Shown one piece after another: positions 9,715 to 19,258 of a stretch of 64,000 bases of DNA (its first letter is position 1; each line of letters begins with the position of its first letter). The translations under genes were made by a program, and so were the position numbers. The notes beneath the pieces were generated by a model that had not been told where the DNA came from, ran no database searches, and was given only the letters and a program-made list of their open reading frames with translations. Origin of the DNA: a virus; IMG/VR virus record IMGVR_UViG_3300009430_000001, positions 32,598 to 96,597 of that record; one strand, given 5' to 3'.

Positions 9715-9923
9715 GGGTTTTCAAAAGTAAATTGCTTGGCAATTCCCGATTCGCCACACTCTATGCACTCGATGTAGCTGTTTTCGTTGAAGTTTAGGTC
9801 TCCTCCACACACGTCAGAGCCATTGTCATACATCAGCACGAGTGTGCTGACTTCAATGCGAAATGGCTCTTCGTTGCCGCACTTGGGGCAGCGTATGCCG
9901 GCAAGACAGTTGGTGTTGGTCAT
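9711..9923 (-). CDS. small zinc-ribbon protein
   Basis: CPKC...CIEC. Confidence 0.65.
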   Translation of the reverse strand: MTNTNCLAGIRCPKCGNEEPFRIEVSTLVLMYDNGSDVCGGDLNFNENSYIECIECGESGIAKQFTFENP

Positions 9924-10126
9924 GAGTGGTCTTCAACGGATTTAAGGAATTCGATCGTTCGAATTTTGGGCCATGTGGCCAGTGCTGTGAGCCTGGCGGT
10001 TTCTTGGTTGTCTCCGGCTACCCATACGCGATCACGCATGGGGCAGCCGAAGACATCTTCGATCAGGACGTCGAAGACGTAGTAGGTGGTGGTTTCAGGT
10101 TTCACGGGCAAGACGCTGGTGGGCAT
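9920..10126 (-). CDS. small hypothetical protein
   Basis: 68 aa, coupled ORF. Confidence 0.55.
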   Translation of the reverse strand: MPTSVLPVKPETTTYYVFDVLIEDVFGCPMRDRVWVAGDNQETARLTALATWPKIRTIEFLKSVEDHS

Positions 10127-10526
10127 AAAGCCTGTAGAATGGTTGAACGGATCTCAGGCCTCCTGCTTCTGAAATACGTTTGATAAGGCCAGAACCTCCT
10201 TTGTGCTTTTGTACTTCATGGATAGATGGGATCTCAAGCGGATAGATGTTGCAGGACTTGAGAAAGTCGTAGATTTCTTCGTAGAATCCAGTGGGATCAA
10301 GGTCTTTGTTGGGGCCGTGTCTGCCGCTGAGGTATTCTGCGGTTGGCATGTAATGCTTGGGCAGTAAATCAGGATGATGGCAGATGAGATAGAGGATCAG
10401 GGCGCAGTCGAGCTCCATGGATGGGCTGCGACGGTCGCGCTGGGCGGCCTCTTCCAGAGCCGTAATGAGATCGGCTGGTGCGGTCCAGTTGACGCGCGGC
10501 CGATTCCCGCGGTCGCCGGTGCTCAT
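10095..10526 (-). CDS. ribbon-helix-helix (Arc/CopG-like) DNA-binding protein
   Basis: N-terminus RPRVNWTAPADLITALEEAAQRDRRSPSMELDCAL fits the RHH pattern. Confidence 0.6.
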   Translation of the reverse strand: MSTGDRGNRPRVNWTAPADLITALEEAAQRDRRSPSMELDCALILYLICHHPDLLPKHYMPTAEYLSGRHGPNKDLDPTGFYEEIYDFLKSCNIYPLEIPSIHEVQKHKGGSGLIKRISEAGGLRSVQPFYRLYAHQRLARET

Positions 10527-10723
10527 TGCTTCTCCTCCGGCATCCAGGGATCGGCATCGGCGCGGGCTTCAGCTTCGGAATCGAAGGGCCCGCTCATCTC
10601 GCCGTCAGGCAGGCAGCTGGGAAAGCAGGCTTGCCAGTACCAGTCAATGTCGGAAAAGAGCGTGAATGTTTCGTAGGAGCCGAAGCTTTCACCGCTTTCG
10701 TTATGGAATTGGTAGAAGGTCAT
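10523..10723 (-). CDS. small phage protein
   Basis: WYWQACFPSCLPDGEMSGPFDSEAEA; ATGA coupling. Confidence 0.65.
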   Translation of the reverse strand: MTFYQFHNESGESFGSYETFTLFSDIDWYWQACFPSCLPDGEMSGPFDSEAEARADADPWMPEEKQ

Positions 10724-10959
10724 CGTTGCGATTGCCTCCAGCGCTGGGTTTCGCCGGGATTCTCTTCGTAGAGATGCCGCCATTCGTCGGATCCACTGAC
10801 GAGGTGTTCGTCAAGCAGAATGCGAAGCGCGCAGTCGAACGCTTCACTGGCGCTCAGCTCACGGCCGTTGGGTCCCTTGATCGGGAATGTTCGGCAGTAC
10901 CGCAAGCGGCGTGCGGCGTTGTAGAGCGAAGCGGTGGGATTGGGGGTGGATAGGGTCAT
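10720..10959 (-). CDS. small hypothetical protein
   Basis: 79 aa, coupled at both ends. Confidence 0.6.
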   Translation of the reverse strand: MTLSTPNPTASLYNAARRLRYCRTFPIKGPNGRELSASEAFDCALRILLDEHLVSGSDEWRHLYEENPGETQRWRQSQR

Positions 10960-11363
10960 GGCAGATAGCTCTGATAGCGGTTGGCGTTCCCGACGGCGTG
11001 CTTGAGGGCTGAGGCGAATGCCTCGGCGATGGGCTGGGGTACGTTGAGCTCGAAGATGTCAACTTCGCCTTTGTCTTCGAATATGGGTTCGTGGTGCGGG
11101 CTCAGCGGTGCGCGCCAGAGTTTTTCGCCTTGCATCCAGTAAGCAAAGCCTGTTGGCTTGTGTACCAGATACGATTGCGGATCGCGGCCGGTGCAGTCTT
11201 CGTCAGGGCAGTGGTTTTGGAATTGATGAAGTTGCTTGAGGGTGAGCTCGGTGTAGACGCGGCTGCAGTGGGGGCAGTGAAAGTAGCTGCCCTTCTTGTC
11301 CATTAAGGCTATGAATCGGCTGCCAAGACGAATGTCGTTTGGCGTGATGGCGGGTTCGCTCAT
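10956..11363 (-). CDS. zinc-finger-containing hypothetical protein
   Basis: CPHC...HCPDEDC; ATG 11363 or 11369. Confidence 0.55.
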   Translation of the reverse strand: MSEPAITPNDIRLGSRFIALMDKKGSYFHCPHCSRVYTELTLKQLHQFQNHCPDEDCTGRDPQSYLVHKPTGFAYWMQGEKLWRAPLSPHHEPIFEDKGEVDIFELNVPQPIAEAFASALKHAVGNANRYQSYLP

Positions 11364-11415
11364 GACCATGCAGTGGAGATTTCGCCGTAAGGGGCGGGGT
11401 GGTAGGTGGGGATAC

Positions 11416-11610
11416 TCACGGATTTTCTTTGGCGAGGTGTGAGCGCAAGTCGACGACGGCCCAACCGGCTTCGATGAATTCATCTCGAATCCGGTCGGCC
11501 TCTATGGAGTGACAGAGACTGCTGATTCGCTCAGAGTCGCCTTTGAACTCCATGAGTAGCGTGCAGTAGCGGCCCGTCGCGGTGGGCGGAATGATGATGA
11601 CTGTGTTCAT
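11416..11610 (-). CDS. small hypothetical protein
   Basis: 64 aa ATG ORF. Confidence 0.5.
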   Translation of the reverse strand: MNTVIIIPPTATGRYCTLLMEFKGDSERISSLCHSIEADRIRDEFIEAGWAVVDLRSHLAKENP

Positions 11611-11613
11611 GGC

Positions 11614-12054
11614 TTAGGTAGCAATGGATTCAGATCGGTTCGTTGCAGAGGCCCGAGTGGTCTTCGTAGATCGGCTCTTCGTTGTCTGCCGTCGGGTTGC
11701 CGGCCTCTTCGTCGCGCTCGGCGTCGATTTCGGCCCATTCGATCCAGATGTACGCCTGGATGTACGCGGTGCCTTCGGTGCGCTGGATTTCTGGGTTGTC
11801 CGGGACGCTGATGCAGCGTCCTTCGAGGGCTCGAGCTCGATTGATGAGCTCCTGGTCGCTGATGTCGCTGCGGATCTGGTTGGCCATTGGCGGGCGAGGC
11901 GGTCAGAGAGTCGATGAATGAAGCAGCCAAATGCGTATCTGGCTGCGATGGTGAAGGCGATGGCATGAGCCAGGCCGCGGGCCAGGGCCTCGAGCCGATG
12001 CTCGAGATCCCAGGTGCGGTAGGCTCGCCACGCCTCGAGGGGCGTGAGTTGCAT
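11614..12054 (-). CDS. hypothetical protein (C-terminal part overlaps 11630..11887)
   Basis: ATG 12054 (MQLTPLEAW) lies just after the upstream stop. Confidence 0.4.
   Translation of the reverse strand: MQLTPLEAWRAYRTWDLEHRLEALARGLAHAIAFTIAARYAFGCFIHRLSDRLARQWPTRSAATSATRSSSIELEPSKDAASASRTTQKSSAPKAPRTSRRTSGSNGPKSTPSATKRPATRRQTTKSRSTKTTRASATNRSESIAT
11630..11887 (-). CDS. small acidic phage protein
   Basis: GTAYIQAYIWIEW motif, acidic tail. Confidence 0.6.
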   Translation of the reverse strand: MANQIRSDISDQELINRARALEGRCISVPDNPEIQRTEGTAYIQAYIWIEWAEIDAERDEEAGNPTADNEEPIYEDHSGLCNEPI

Positions 12055-12059
12055 GGCGA

Positions 12060-12518
12060 TCAGATGAGGTTGAGCAGGGTGAACCAGGAGTCCGGGGCGT
12101 CCGGTTCTACGGAATCGCCGTCGGGATTTTCGATGACGGAATCGAGCGACCATTGGTCGAACTCAGCTGATGCTGGGATCGGCATCCATTGGCCTTTCCA
12201 GTACATGCCGAAGATGCGACCTGCTTCGGTTTTGAAGCAGGCCACATCGCCACTGGTGTGCAGTGGCCTGTTGGTTTCTGGATCACGAAGCCGGGGCTTG
12301 CCGGCTACGATGCGGCTGAGGCGAACAATCGGCTTCCCGGTGTTCGGGTTCCGTCGTCCGGTGGGGCGAATCGTGGGCTCGGGCTGGAATTGCTCGGCGT
12401 CGCCGTAAAGGTTGCGGTACTCGAGCATGAGTCTCTCGCCGATGGTGGGCGTGCGCTTGTCAAGAAGTTGCTGGATTTCTTTTGTCATTTCGTTGCTAGC
12501 TGTTTCTTTTGTGTTCAT
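12060..12518 (-). CDS. hypothetical protein
   Basis: 152 aa; C-terminal ENPDGDSVEPDAPDSW. Confidence 0.65.
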   Translation of the reverse strand: MNTKETASNEMTKEIQQLLDKRTPTIGERLMLEYRNLYGDAEQFQPEPTIRPTGRRNPNTGKPIVRLSRIVAGKPRLRDPETNRPLHTSGDVACFKTEAGRIFGMYWKGQWMPIPASAEFDQWSLDSVIENPDGDSVEPDAPDSWFTLLNLI

Positions 12519-12748
12519 TGGTCGTCTTTGAACAGCATATGAGCAGGAGGCTCTGGCTTTGTGCGCCAGAGCTTGCTGTGAGTGGCTTGATCGATCAAGC
12601 CAATCCTGTAGTGGCGGAGGATCCAGTTATCCCACAGCTCGCGAAGCTCGATTGTGGGCTTGAGACCGCGTTGCAAGAGAAACTCGAGATATTCCAGGAA
12701 GAATTTCTCGACTTCTTCAGCGGTCATCGGGGTGGAGTGAAGGTTCAA
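12515..12748 (-). CDS. small hypothetical protein
   Basis: Coupled ORF. Confidence 0.55.
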   Translation of the reverse strand: MNLHSTPMTAEEVEKFFLEYLEFLLQRGLKPTIELRELWDNWILRHYRIGLIDQATHSKLWRTKPEPPAHMLFKDDQ

Positions 12749-12999
12749 GGGTTTTGTCGCTCCAGTCGGATGGGTGATTCGGAGGAGAAGACGCAGCAGA
12801 TGACAGCGCCACAGCCGTTCTCGTCGTTCATGCGTTCCTCGATCTCTTTGGCGGTGTGGCCGTTCTCTTCGAGTAGGTGCCGAAGCATGCTTGTTGTTGC
12901 TTCGTCTTCGGTGCAGGAACCGAACACATGGCCGGTGTCTTCGTCGTCGAACAACACACGGCCCGTGACGGCCCAGTAGCGGATGGGCTTGTCAAACAT
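12745..12999 (-). CDS. small hypothetical protein
   Basis: ATG 12999 (MFDKPIRYWAVTGR), TAATG coupling. Confidence 0.6.
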   Translation of the reverse strand: MFDKPIRYWAVTGRVLFDDEDTGHVFGSCTEDEATTSMLRHLLEENGHTAKEIEERMNDENGCGAVICCVFSSESPIRLERQNP

Positions 13000-13208
13000 T
13001 AGGATTCGGGATAGAAGAAGCTGATGTCGCTGCCTTGCTGCACAAGCAGCTCTTTGCATTCATCATCGGAGATGGCGTTTGTTTCCGAGGTGTAGGCGCC
13101 GGAGTAATCTCCTTCGACTGCTTCTCGCCAGATTCCAGCTGGGGTCATGTCATCGGGGATGGGATCCTGGCTCAGGATTTCCATCGTGATCGTGGTGAGG
13201 TAGGGCAT
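12999..13208 (-). CDS. small acidic hypothetical protein
   Basis: ATG 13208 (MPYLTTITMEILS). Confidence 0.55.
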   Translation of the reverse strand: MPYLTTITMEILSQDPIPDDMTPAGIWREAVEGDYSGAYTSETNAISDDECKELLVQQGSDISFFYPES

Positions 13209-13563
13209 GGCTTTCTTGTGTAAGCTTGGAGTGGAGGAGCTTGGCTCGCTGGCTGGCCCAGCGCGGGCAGCGCAGGAGATCGACGTAGTCCTGGAGCGTG
13301 GGCACCATGCCCAGGTCCTCCAGGACGTGTTGCTCGGCGAGCAGGGAGGTCGGTACGCGCCGGCCTCGGGAGTTGGTGATCGTGTCACCAAACAGGGCAA
13401 CCGCATCGGCGATGCCCTGGGTGTGATGGGCCAACATGCGATGCATGAGGCGATCAGTGCCAGCGCGGCCGCGGTCCATCCAGCGATGCAGCGCCATGTA
13501 GTCATCGGGGTCACCCCCGAATGCATTGGCGCTGCTGATGGCGTGGTAGCTGTAATGGCTCAT
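13150..13563 (-). CDS. DUF6915 family protein
   Basis: HAISSANAFGG..DDY.ALHRWMD...HRMLAHH..GI...FG.TITNS.GR.VP...AEQHVLEDLG.VPT.QDY. Confidence 0.85.
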   Translation of the reverse strand: MSHYSYHAISSANAFGGDPDDYMALHRWMDRGRAGTDRLMHRMLAHHTQGIADAVALFGDTITNSRGRRVPTSLLAEQHVLEDLGMVPTLQDYVDLLRCPRWASQRAKLLHSKLTQESHALPHHDHDGNPEPGSHPR

Positions 13564-14120
13564 AGTGTTATGGTCGAGTAGTCTTGGGTGATGACGTTGT
13601 TGTTGTGGTTGATCTCGATGCTGACGCCATGTTCGATGCCGTCCTCGAGCTCTTCCTCGGTGGCTTGGCGAATGATGATTTCACCGAATCCACCTTCATT
13701 GATCTCGAAGCCCGGGTGGTAGCCGTAGGCCACATCCCAGGCGATGGCGTCAAGCGCCTCGCTGATGCTGCTGGGATCGGGAGCGACCACGGGTTTCCAG
13801 CACATGGCTTTGCTGTCGTATTGCTGTCCCACGGTTCGCTGATAATTAAATTCAGCGGGCATGTCTTCATCGAGGAGCTGGTTGAGTTCTTTTAAGATTT
13901 CGGTGTTGCACTCGGCGGGTTCGACGGTGATGTCGGAAATATCGCCGGAATCGCCTGAGCCCTCGTACGTGATCGTGATCTTGTGGACACGTTCGTCCTT
14001 GGAGCGCAGGTAGAGAAAGATGCCCTTGAGAAGGAGGCATCCCTTCTGCGCTTGATCCTTGAGTTGTTTTTGGTACTCGATGATTTCGGCGAGAACTTCG
14101 TTGATGTTGATGGGGTTCAT
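13560..14120 (-). CDS. DUF6878 family protein
   Basis: YEGSGDSGDI...GFEINEGGFGEI; usual neighbour of DUF6915. Confidence 0.8.
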   Translation of the reverse strand: MNPININEVLAEIIEYQKQLKDQAQKGCLLLKGIFLYLRSKDERVHKITITYEGSGDSGDISDITVEPAECNTEILKELNQLLDEDMPAEFNYQRTVGQQYDSKAMCWKPVVAPDPSSISEALDAIAWDVAYGYHPGFEINEGGFGEIIIRQATEEELEDGIEHGVSIEINHNNNVITQDYSTITL

Positions 14121-14137
14121 GGGATTGGTGCGGGTGG

Positions 14138-14836
14138 CTAGGGGTTGGTGAGCGATGGTGGAAGCGGGTAGATACCGCGCGGCTTGCCGGGCGGAGTGGT
14201 CACGGTTTCGGCTTCACTCCAGCCGCATTTGTCTATTCGACTTTTGACAAGCCAGTCGTTTCCCTCGAGTGAGCGTGACCAGTCTGTTAGGCATAGTGTT
14301 ATGCCTTGGTAGGTGACGAATCTAGTGTCAGTTCGGTTTCGTGCTTGTTGCGCATAGGTAGCCCAACGCACGTTGCCTGGTTCGTAGTTTCCGTGGCGGT
14401 TGGGAAATCTGTCTAGCTGATGCAGCGAAGATGGTCGTGGGCCTATTAAGCTTAAAATGTCGTTGTAGAATGTTTCAAAATCGTTAATCCATGGCGGGTG
14501 AATTTGAATGCTCTTTTGCAGGTAGTGCAAAGAAGATGTTGAATTCGGATTGAGGCATCTGGTTTTCATGCCACACCAAATGCTGTAGTATATGGTTCGC
14601 TTCTTTGTGCGCGCCTGTCCATGGGTTGAGTTTAGGAGACTAAGGCTTTTGATTCGCTTGCATCCGCAGCTTGTTGTGCGGCCGGAGGCTAACGCAGTTG
14701 CGATTACCAACACGCAAAGACGTTCGCAGGAGCAGGTGCACCACCACTGCGCGTTTTTGTGCTTGTTGTTCCAGCCGCGTTTAATAGCTGTCAGATTCCC
14801 GAATGTTTGATTTTTGAGATCGAGTGGGAGTCCCAT
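14138..14836 (-). CDS. HNH-type homing endonuclease
   Basis: DLKNQTFGNLT..WWCTCSC..TTSCGC..WCGMKTRCLNPN..LDRFPNRHGNYEPGNVRWAT..QARN; lower GC than flanks. Confidence 0.85.
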   Translation of the reverse strand: MGLPLDLKNQTFGNLTAIKRGWNNKHKNAQWWCTCSCERLCVLVIATALASGRTTSCGCKRIKSLSLLNSTHGQARTKKRTIYYSIWCGMKTRCLNPNSTSSLHYLQKSIQIHPPWINDFETFYNDILSLIGPRPSSLHQLDRFPNRHGNYEPGNVRWATYAQQARNRTDTRFVTYQGITLCLTDWSRSLEGNDWLVKSRIDKCGWSEAETVTTPPGKPRGIYPLPPSLTNP

Positions 14837-14839
14837 GGT

Positions 14840-15232
14840 TTATAGGTCAATGATTTTACCTTCAAGGGTAATGCGTTGCAGTTTGTTGCACTGCAGTCGA
14901 CCAACAAGGTTTTGTTCACTGTCAAACCTAAGGCGGCACAGTTGCTCGACGGCATTTTCGCCGGTTATGAGCTGTAGCCGCCAAAGCAAGCAGCGTTGTT
15001 GGCTGGTTATGAGCGTCCAGCGGGGATACTCTTGCCCTTTGGACAGCTCATTCCAGTATGCCATTGCGGATTCAAGCGAGTCTTGCTCGACTCGCCTGAC
15101 TTCGCGGAATAGCTCTTTGGCGGCAGGTTCCCATTTGTAGCGATCGAAGGTAGGCCGCTGTTGGCTTAGCGGCACTAGCTCAACAGTGGAGCCGGCCTCG
15201 GTGGGGGTGGAAGCGGTGGAGATGATGGTCAC
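14840..15232 (-). CDS. hypothetical protein
   Basis: GTG 15232, 29 nt from the hairpin at 15261. Confidence 0.5.
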   Translation of the reverse strand: MTIISTASTPTEAGSTVELVPLSQQRPTFDRYKWEPAAKELFREVRRVEQDSLESAMAYWNELSKGQEYPRWTLITSQQRCLLWRLQLITGENAVEQLCRLRFDSEQNLVGRLQCNKLQRITLEGKIIDL

Positions 15233-15303
15233 GGGTGTCCATGAGAGGGGACACAGAACGAAGGCCCCCGTGGAGGGGGCCATGGAGCGGAGGGGCTTGC
15301 TGG

Positions 15304-15831
15304 TTACCACCAGCCGTGGTATTTGAAGGAGATCCATTTCTTGGCCTCTTCCGGGAGCTCAAGCCAAGGCTTGAGCTGGTTGACGGTGTCTCGGAGATCA
15401 CTCCAGTACCAGTCGCCCATATCGGCAGGGCCGAAGAAGAAGCCGGAGCTTAGCGGGAGTTCCTGCATAGCCGTTTCTTCGTTGCGGCTTTTGAGCAGCT
15501 GTTCGCATAGCTTGACAAGTTCTGCGAGTTTGTCGAATGTGACTTCGATTTCCTCGCAGTTCTCGAGGCCGTCGGGGCCTTTCAGCCTGTCAAACCAGCG
15601 ATGGATCTGGTTTGCTTTGCGCCAGTAGGCGCAGTCGAGTTGGATGCTGAGAACGCCCGGGACATCGAACAGTCCGAAGACCTGATTGGTCGATGTTTTG
15701 AGTTTGAGTGTTCCCAGAACGTAGGTGCGGAGTTCGCTCCACGCCTTGGTGGTGGGGTTCTTCGCTTCTTCGCGAAGAGCATCGTGATCGGGAAGAGTGA
15801 TAGACGCCTTGAGGTACTGATCGAGTCCCAT
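15304..15831 (-). CDS. conserved phage protein (MGLD..YWRKAN family)
   Basis: MGLDQYL...YWRKANQIHRWF...SGFFFG...YHGWW. Confidence 0.8.
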   Translation of the reverse strand: MGLDQYLKASITLPDHDALREEAKNPTTKAWSELRTYVLGTLKLKTSTNQVFGLFDVPGVLSIQLDCAYWRKANQIHRWFDRLKGPDGLENCEEIEVTFDKLAELVKLCEQLLKSRNEETAMQELPLSSGFFFGPADMGDWYWSDLRDTVNQLKPWLELPEEAKKWISFKYHGWW

Positions 15832-15902
15832 TGGTTGGTGAGTGAAGGACATGAAAACGAGGACCCCGCCTGATGGCGAGGGCTCGTGGTGGGCATAAGC
15901 CC

Positions 15903-15920
15903 GACTTAGACACAATGCGG
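15903..15920 (+). repeat. asymmetric motif copy 4
   Basis: GACTTAGACACAATGCGG. Confidence 0.85.
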
Positions 15921-15948
15921 CACGCAGTGGACGCGCCGTCACATTGCG

Positions 15949-16116
15949 TCAGAACGACACGTTGCGCGCGCGGCGGAAGCCGACCGTGCCATCAGGGAAC
16001 TGGATGCGCACGAAGCCGTGCGGTGCAGGCGTCAGTTGACGCACAGGGCAGCTGGGGCCTTGCACGGGCACAGCGGCGGAAGCGGTGGCGCGAACGGTCG
16101 TGGAAGTGGGGGCCAT
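15949..16116 (-). CDS. small hypothetical protein
   Basis: ATG 16116 (MAPTSTTVRA), downstream of hairpin 16148. Confidence 0.5.
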   Translation of the reverse strand: MAPTSTTVRATASAAVPVQGPSCPVRQLTPAPHGFVRIQFPDGTVGFRRARNVSF

Positions 16117-16177
16117 GGAGTGTTCCATGAAGTGGGCAGCAAACCGAGGCCCCCGTGGAGGGGACCAGAGGCTGGGG

Positions 16178-16645
16178 TCAGGACCACTCGTCTGGCCATT
16201 CGTCTTTGGTGATGAGGATGTACCGGAGGTTGCACACCTCGGTGGGATTGTTGAAGCGATCTTCTGGTGCTTGATCGACAGGCCACCAGTCATCTTCGTG
16301 AGGCGACGATGCATAGTCGATGCAGGTGACGTCGATGGTCTTGAGCCAGGCGGCCGGCGCCTGGAAGTGGACCCAGAGGACAGCCGTCGGTGAATCCTTG
16401 GGCCAGTCGAGGCGGAGCTCGGCTTCGGACAGGTCGGCGCCCGGGAGCTGGCCCTGGGCCCAGTCGGCGAGCGATGGGTCGTAGCTGGCCCAAAGTTCGG
16501 GGTCGTGCGAGGCCACGAGAGCACTGACGGCTTCGAGAGAAAAGGCCTTGCATTGGTCATCGAGCACGGTGAGGGCGTACTCGATGGATTTGGTGCGATC
16601 GGGATCGCTGAAGGCGCGGACGGTGGTGGGAGTGAAGGGGGCCAT
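16178..16645 (-). CDS. hypothetical protein
   Basis: ATG 16645 (MAPFTPTTVRA), 25 nt from hairpin 16670. Confidence 0.65.
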   Translation of the reverse strand: MAPFTPTTVRAFSDPDRTKSIEYALTVLDDQCKAFSLEAVSALVASHDPELWASYDPSLADWAQGQLPGADLSEAELRLDWPKDSPTAVLWVHFQAPAAWLKTIDVTCIDYASSPHEDDWWPVDQAPEDRFNNPTEVCNLRYILITKDEWPDEWS

Positions 16646-16705
16646 GGTCAGATGGAAGGGCAATGAGCCAAGGCCCCCGGGGAGGGGCCAATGGGGGCAA
16701 TGATT

Positions 16706-17170
16706 TCATTGAACACCATTTGGGTATTCAATGATGCCAGGGATGTCGCGATCTGGCAGTTGATTGGAAAACCAGCGAAGCAGGTTTTCCTTGACTTTTG
16801 GGTTGTGGGTTCTGCCGGCCTGGTGGAGCAGGGCCATCAGAGCACCTAAAGGGAAGCCCTTGGATGGTTGTCGGAGTGTTTTCCAATCAGTGATTCCATG
16901 TTCACGAAGAATGTGTGTGGCCTCGTAGAAGATGCATTGGGCAATTGCCAGTTCCTGGGAGTAGGCATTATGGATTTCCCATTGTTCAGGGGACTGATCG
17001 GTGGTGGGCAGGTAATCGTCGATGATGTAAGGCCAGGGGAAGCCATTGTCGATTCCTTGCGGAAGGACGATTTCGCCGTTTTCATGGGCATGTCCCAGGA
17101 GGTCAGCCGCCTTGAGTGGGTCAAGTTTGGCCATCAGGAGCAGGTTTGTGCGATCGAAGGGGGCAGTCAT
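16706..17170 (-). CDS. hypothetical protein, paralog of 18431..18964
   Basis: Shares APF.RT..L..A..P..AA..L..AH, WP, GFPL.A and C-terminal YPNG. Confidence 0.7.
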   Translation of the reverse strand: MTAPFDRTNLLLMAKLDPLKAADLLGHAHENGEIVLPQGIDNGFPWPYIIDDYLPTTDQSPEQWEIHNAYSQELAIAQCIFYEATHILREHGITDWKTLRQPSKGFPLGALMALLHQAGRTHNPKVKENLLRWFSNQLPDRDIPGIIEYPNGVQ

Positions 17171-17255
17171 TGCGAAATCAGCAGAACACATGAAAAAGGC
17201 CCCCGCGGAGGGGGCCATGGAGTCGGAGGGTTACTCTGCATCCAGGAGTTGAACA

Positions 17256-18434
17256 TTGCCAGCGAGGCTTCCGAATTCTGAGGAGTGGCGCAGGGCCGTG
17301 ATCGATGCCGCCGGCTATGGCGCCGCGGCTTCGGGAGCTGGTGCCCTGGCGGCGCTGTTGATGCGCCCCGAGCAGGCAGAGCCTGGGATCGAGGGCCGGC
17401 CAGATCCGGATGCACCGCCGACGCAGGAGCGTGATCAGGCGGTGATCGATGGTGCATTGGCCGGCCTGGCCGGTGGTGCACTGGGGGCTGGTGCCGCTTC
17501 GCTGTGGATGAACCGCAAGGCGGGTAGCCCTGAAGTGGTGGCCCGGGTGCAGAGCACTCGAGGGGGTGGGGGTCAGCCGCCTGCTGCGGCGCCTCCCCCC
17601 GCTCCGAAAGGACCCCCGGGGGGTGGCGGTGAGATCGAGATCGATCTGGATGGCAGTGCCAGGATGGCATTGAAGGCCGTGAATGATCAGGTGATACGTG
17701 CAGTGCCGACACTTTCGAAGGCACTGGGGATTCCGGTTGAAGAGATGGCTGAGATTGTTGCAGGTGAAGCTGCTGATTTTATGGCAAAAGCTGATCCAGC
17801 TTTGTATGGTGAGATGATTCAGATGGCTCGCAAGTATGATTTTGATAAAGCTGAGAATCTTGATAATTTTGGCGCAGAGGCAAGGCGGAGACTGGGATGG
17901 ACAATGAGGGAAGCAGCTGATAACGCTGCGGCGGAAATACGCAAAAGTGAAGACAGCCTTAGTGGGGCTGTCCAGAATGCCTACAAAGAAATGTACGATG
18001 TGCATCCTTTGAATAAAGCATTGTACTTGTTGATGCATGGAGTTGGCTCTGATCCTGACAAAGAGTCAAGAGCTGCGCGGATGGCGGCAGCTGCCATGAT
18101 TGATGCATCAATGGCGAAAACGCCGTATGGCGGGGTGTTTGGGCATGGAATCAGGGCACCTATCATGAATGCAGAGAATACGCTAGATATGGCAGATCAG
18201 TTGATAGCGGAAACCGGCAGTGGTCCTTACCACCTTCTGCGTGAATTGGCTCATGGTGTTGGTGACAATTCACTGGATGACTGGGAGCTGCCAGAGCATT
18301 TGCGGCCTGGCGCTCCGGTGTCTCCTCATGAGAACTGGTGGTATGCGACGCCTGAGAATCGATGGCTGAATCGCCACGATCCCCAGCAGCCCATGAGACA
18401 CCCGGCCTGGCAGCCGCGGCCACGCAGGACCTAG
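17256..18434 (+). CDS. late-type protein with Gly/Ala-rich hydrophobic segments
   Basis: 392 aa; preceded by TACTCTG (17232) and AGGAG. Confidence 0.7.
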   Translation: MPARLPNSEEWRRAVIDAAGYGAAASGAGALAALLMRPEQAEPGIEGRPDPDAPPTQERDQAVIDGALAGLAGGALGAGAASLWMNRKAGSPEVVARVQSTRGGGGQPPAAAPPPAPKGPPGGGGEIEIDLDGSARMALKAVNDQVIRAVPTLSKALGIPVEEMAEIVAGEAADFMAKADPALYGEMIQMARKYDFDKAENLDNFGAEARRRLGWTMREAADNAAAEIRKSEDSLSGAVQNAYKEMYDVHPLNKALYLLMHGVGSDPDKESRAARMAAAAMIDASMAKTPYGGVFGHGIRAPIMNAENTLDMADQLIAETGSGPYHLLRELAHGVGDNSLDDWELPEHLRPGAPVSPHENWWYATPENRWLNRHDPQQPMRHPAWQPRPRRT

Positions 18435-18964
18435 ATGGTCCCGTTGGGGTAGAAGATGTTGCTCTCGCTTGCAGTGGGGAACACCCTTGCCAGGTGATCA
18501 GCACCGATCACCAGTGATTCTGGGTGTTGAAACCTGCTTGCGAAGTCAAGGTAGACGTAAACGGCTTGCAACGGGAAGCCGGGAATGGAAGGAGCTGACT
18601 CGAGGCCAAGCTCGGCCTCGATCTGGGCTTGACGCATGCCAGGCCGACTGACGTTGCCGGTGGCCTGAAGGACTTGGCTGACTCGTCGTTGCAGGTGGTA
18701 GGCGTAGACGAGGATCTCGTCTGCAATTGCTGCGATGGTGGCGTAGTCAGCCTTGATTGAGGCGAAGTATGCCTCTTCTGCGTCGCTCAGTTCGTCGTCT
18801 TCTGGCTGGGTGTGAGCAAGGAGCTCAGGCCAGCCGAAGGGGCCACCTTCTCCTTCAGGAAGAGTGAAGTGGCTCTCGGTATGCGCTGTGCGCAGAAATT
18901 CTGCTGCGCCTTGGGGGTTGATGTGAGCGAGGTCGAGGAAATGCGTACGGTTGAAGGGGGCCAT
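18431..18964 (-). CDS. hypothetical protein, paralog of 16706..17170
   Basis: ATG 18964, 25 nt from hairpin 18989. Confidence 0.7.
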   Translation of the reverse strand: MAPFNRTHFLDLAHINPQGAAEFLRTAHTESHFTLPEGEGGPFGWPELLAHTQPEDDELSDAEEAYFASIKADYATIAAIADEILVYAYHLQRRVSQVLQATGNVSRPGMRQAQIEAELGLESAPSIPGFPLQAVYVYLDFASRFQHPESLVIGADHLARVFPTASESNIFYPNGTI

Positions 18965-19051
18965 GGAGAAGATGCAACAGCATCGAACAAAGGCCCCCGA
19001 GGAGGGCAAGGGAGCGTGTGTACTCTGTGGGACAGCAGATGAGGGACCGCA

Positions 19052-19252
19052 ATGATTGGCAGGCTTGCTGTGGGAGCATTGCTTGGCGCTGCAGGCGGTG
19101 GCCTGCTGGGGACGATCCCGGGAGTGCTGGCGCAGAACAATGTCGGAATTGATTTGGGCCCAATGGGCGCCTGGGGCTATAGCTTGGATCCCGTTAGCGG
19201 AAATGTAGTGTACACCGGCAGAGGGCCGGGTGGATTCAGTGAGCTCACTTAA
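19052..19252 (+). CDS. small protein with signal/TM-like N-terminus
   Basis: TACTCTG at 19021; hydrophobic Gly-rich N-terminus. Confidence 0.5.
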   Translation: MIGRLAVGALLGAAGGGLLGTIPGVLAQNNVGIDLGPMGAWGYSLDPVSGNVVYTGRGPGGFSELT

Positions 19253-19258
19253 TCGACA

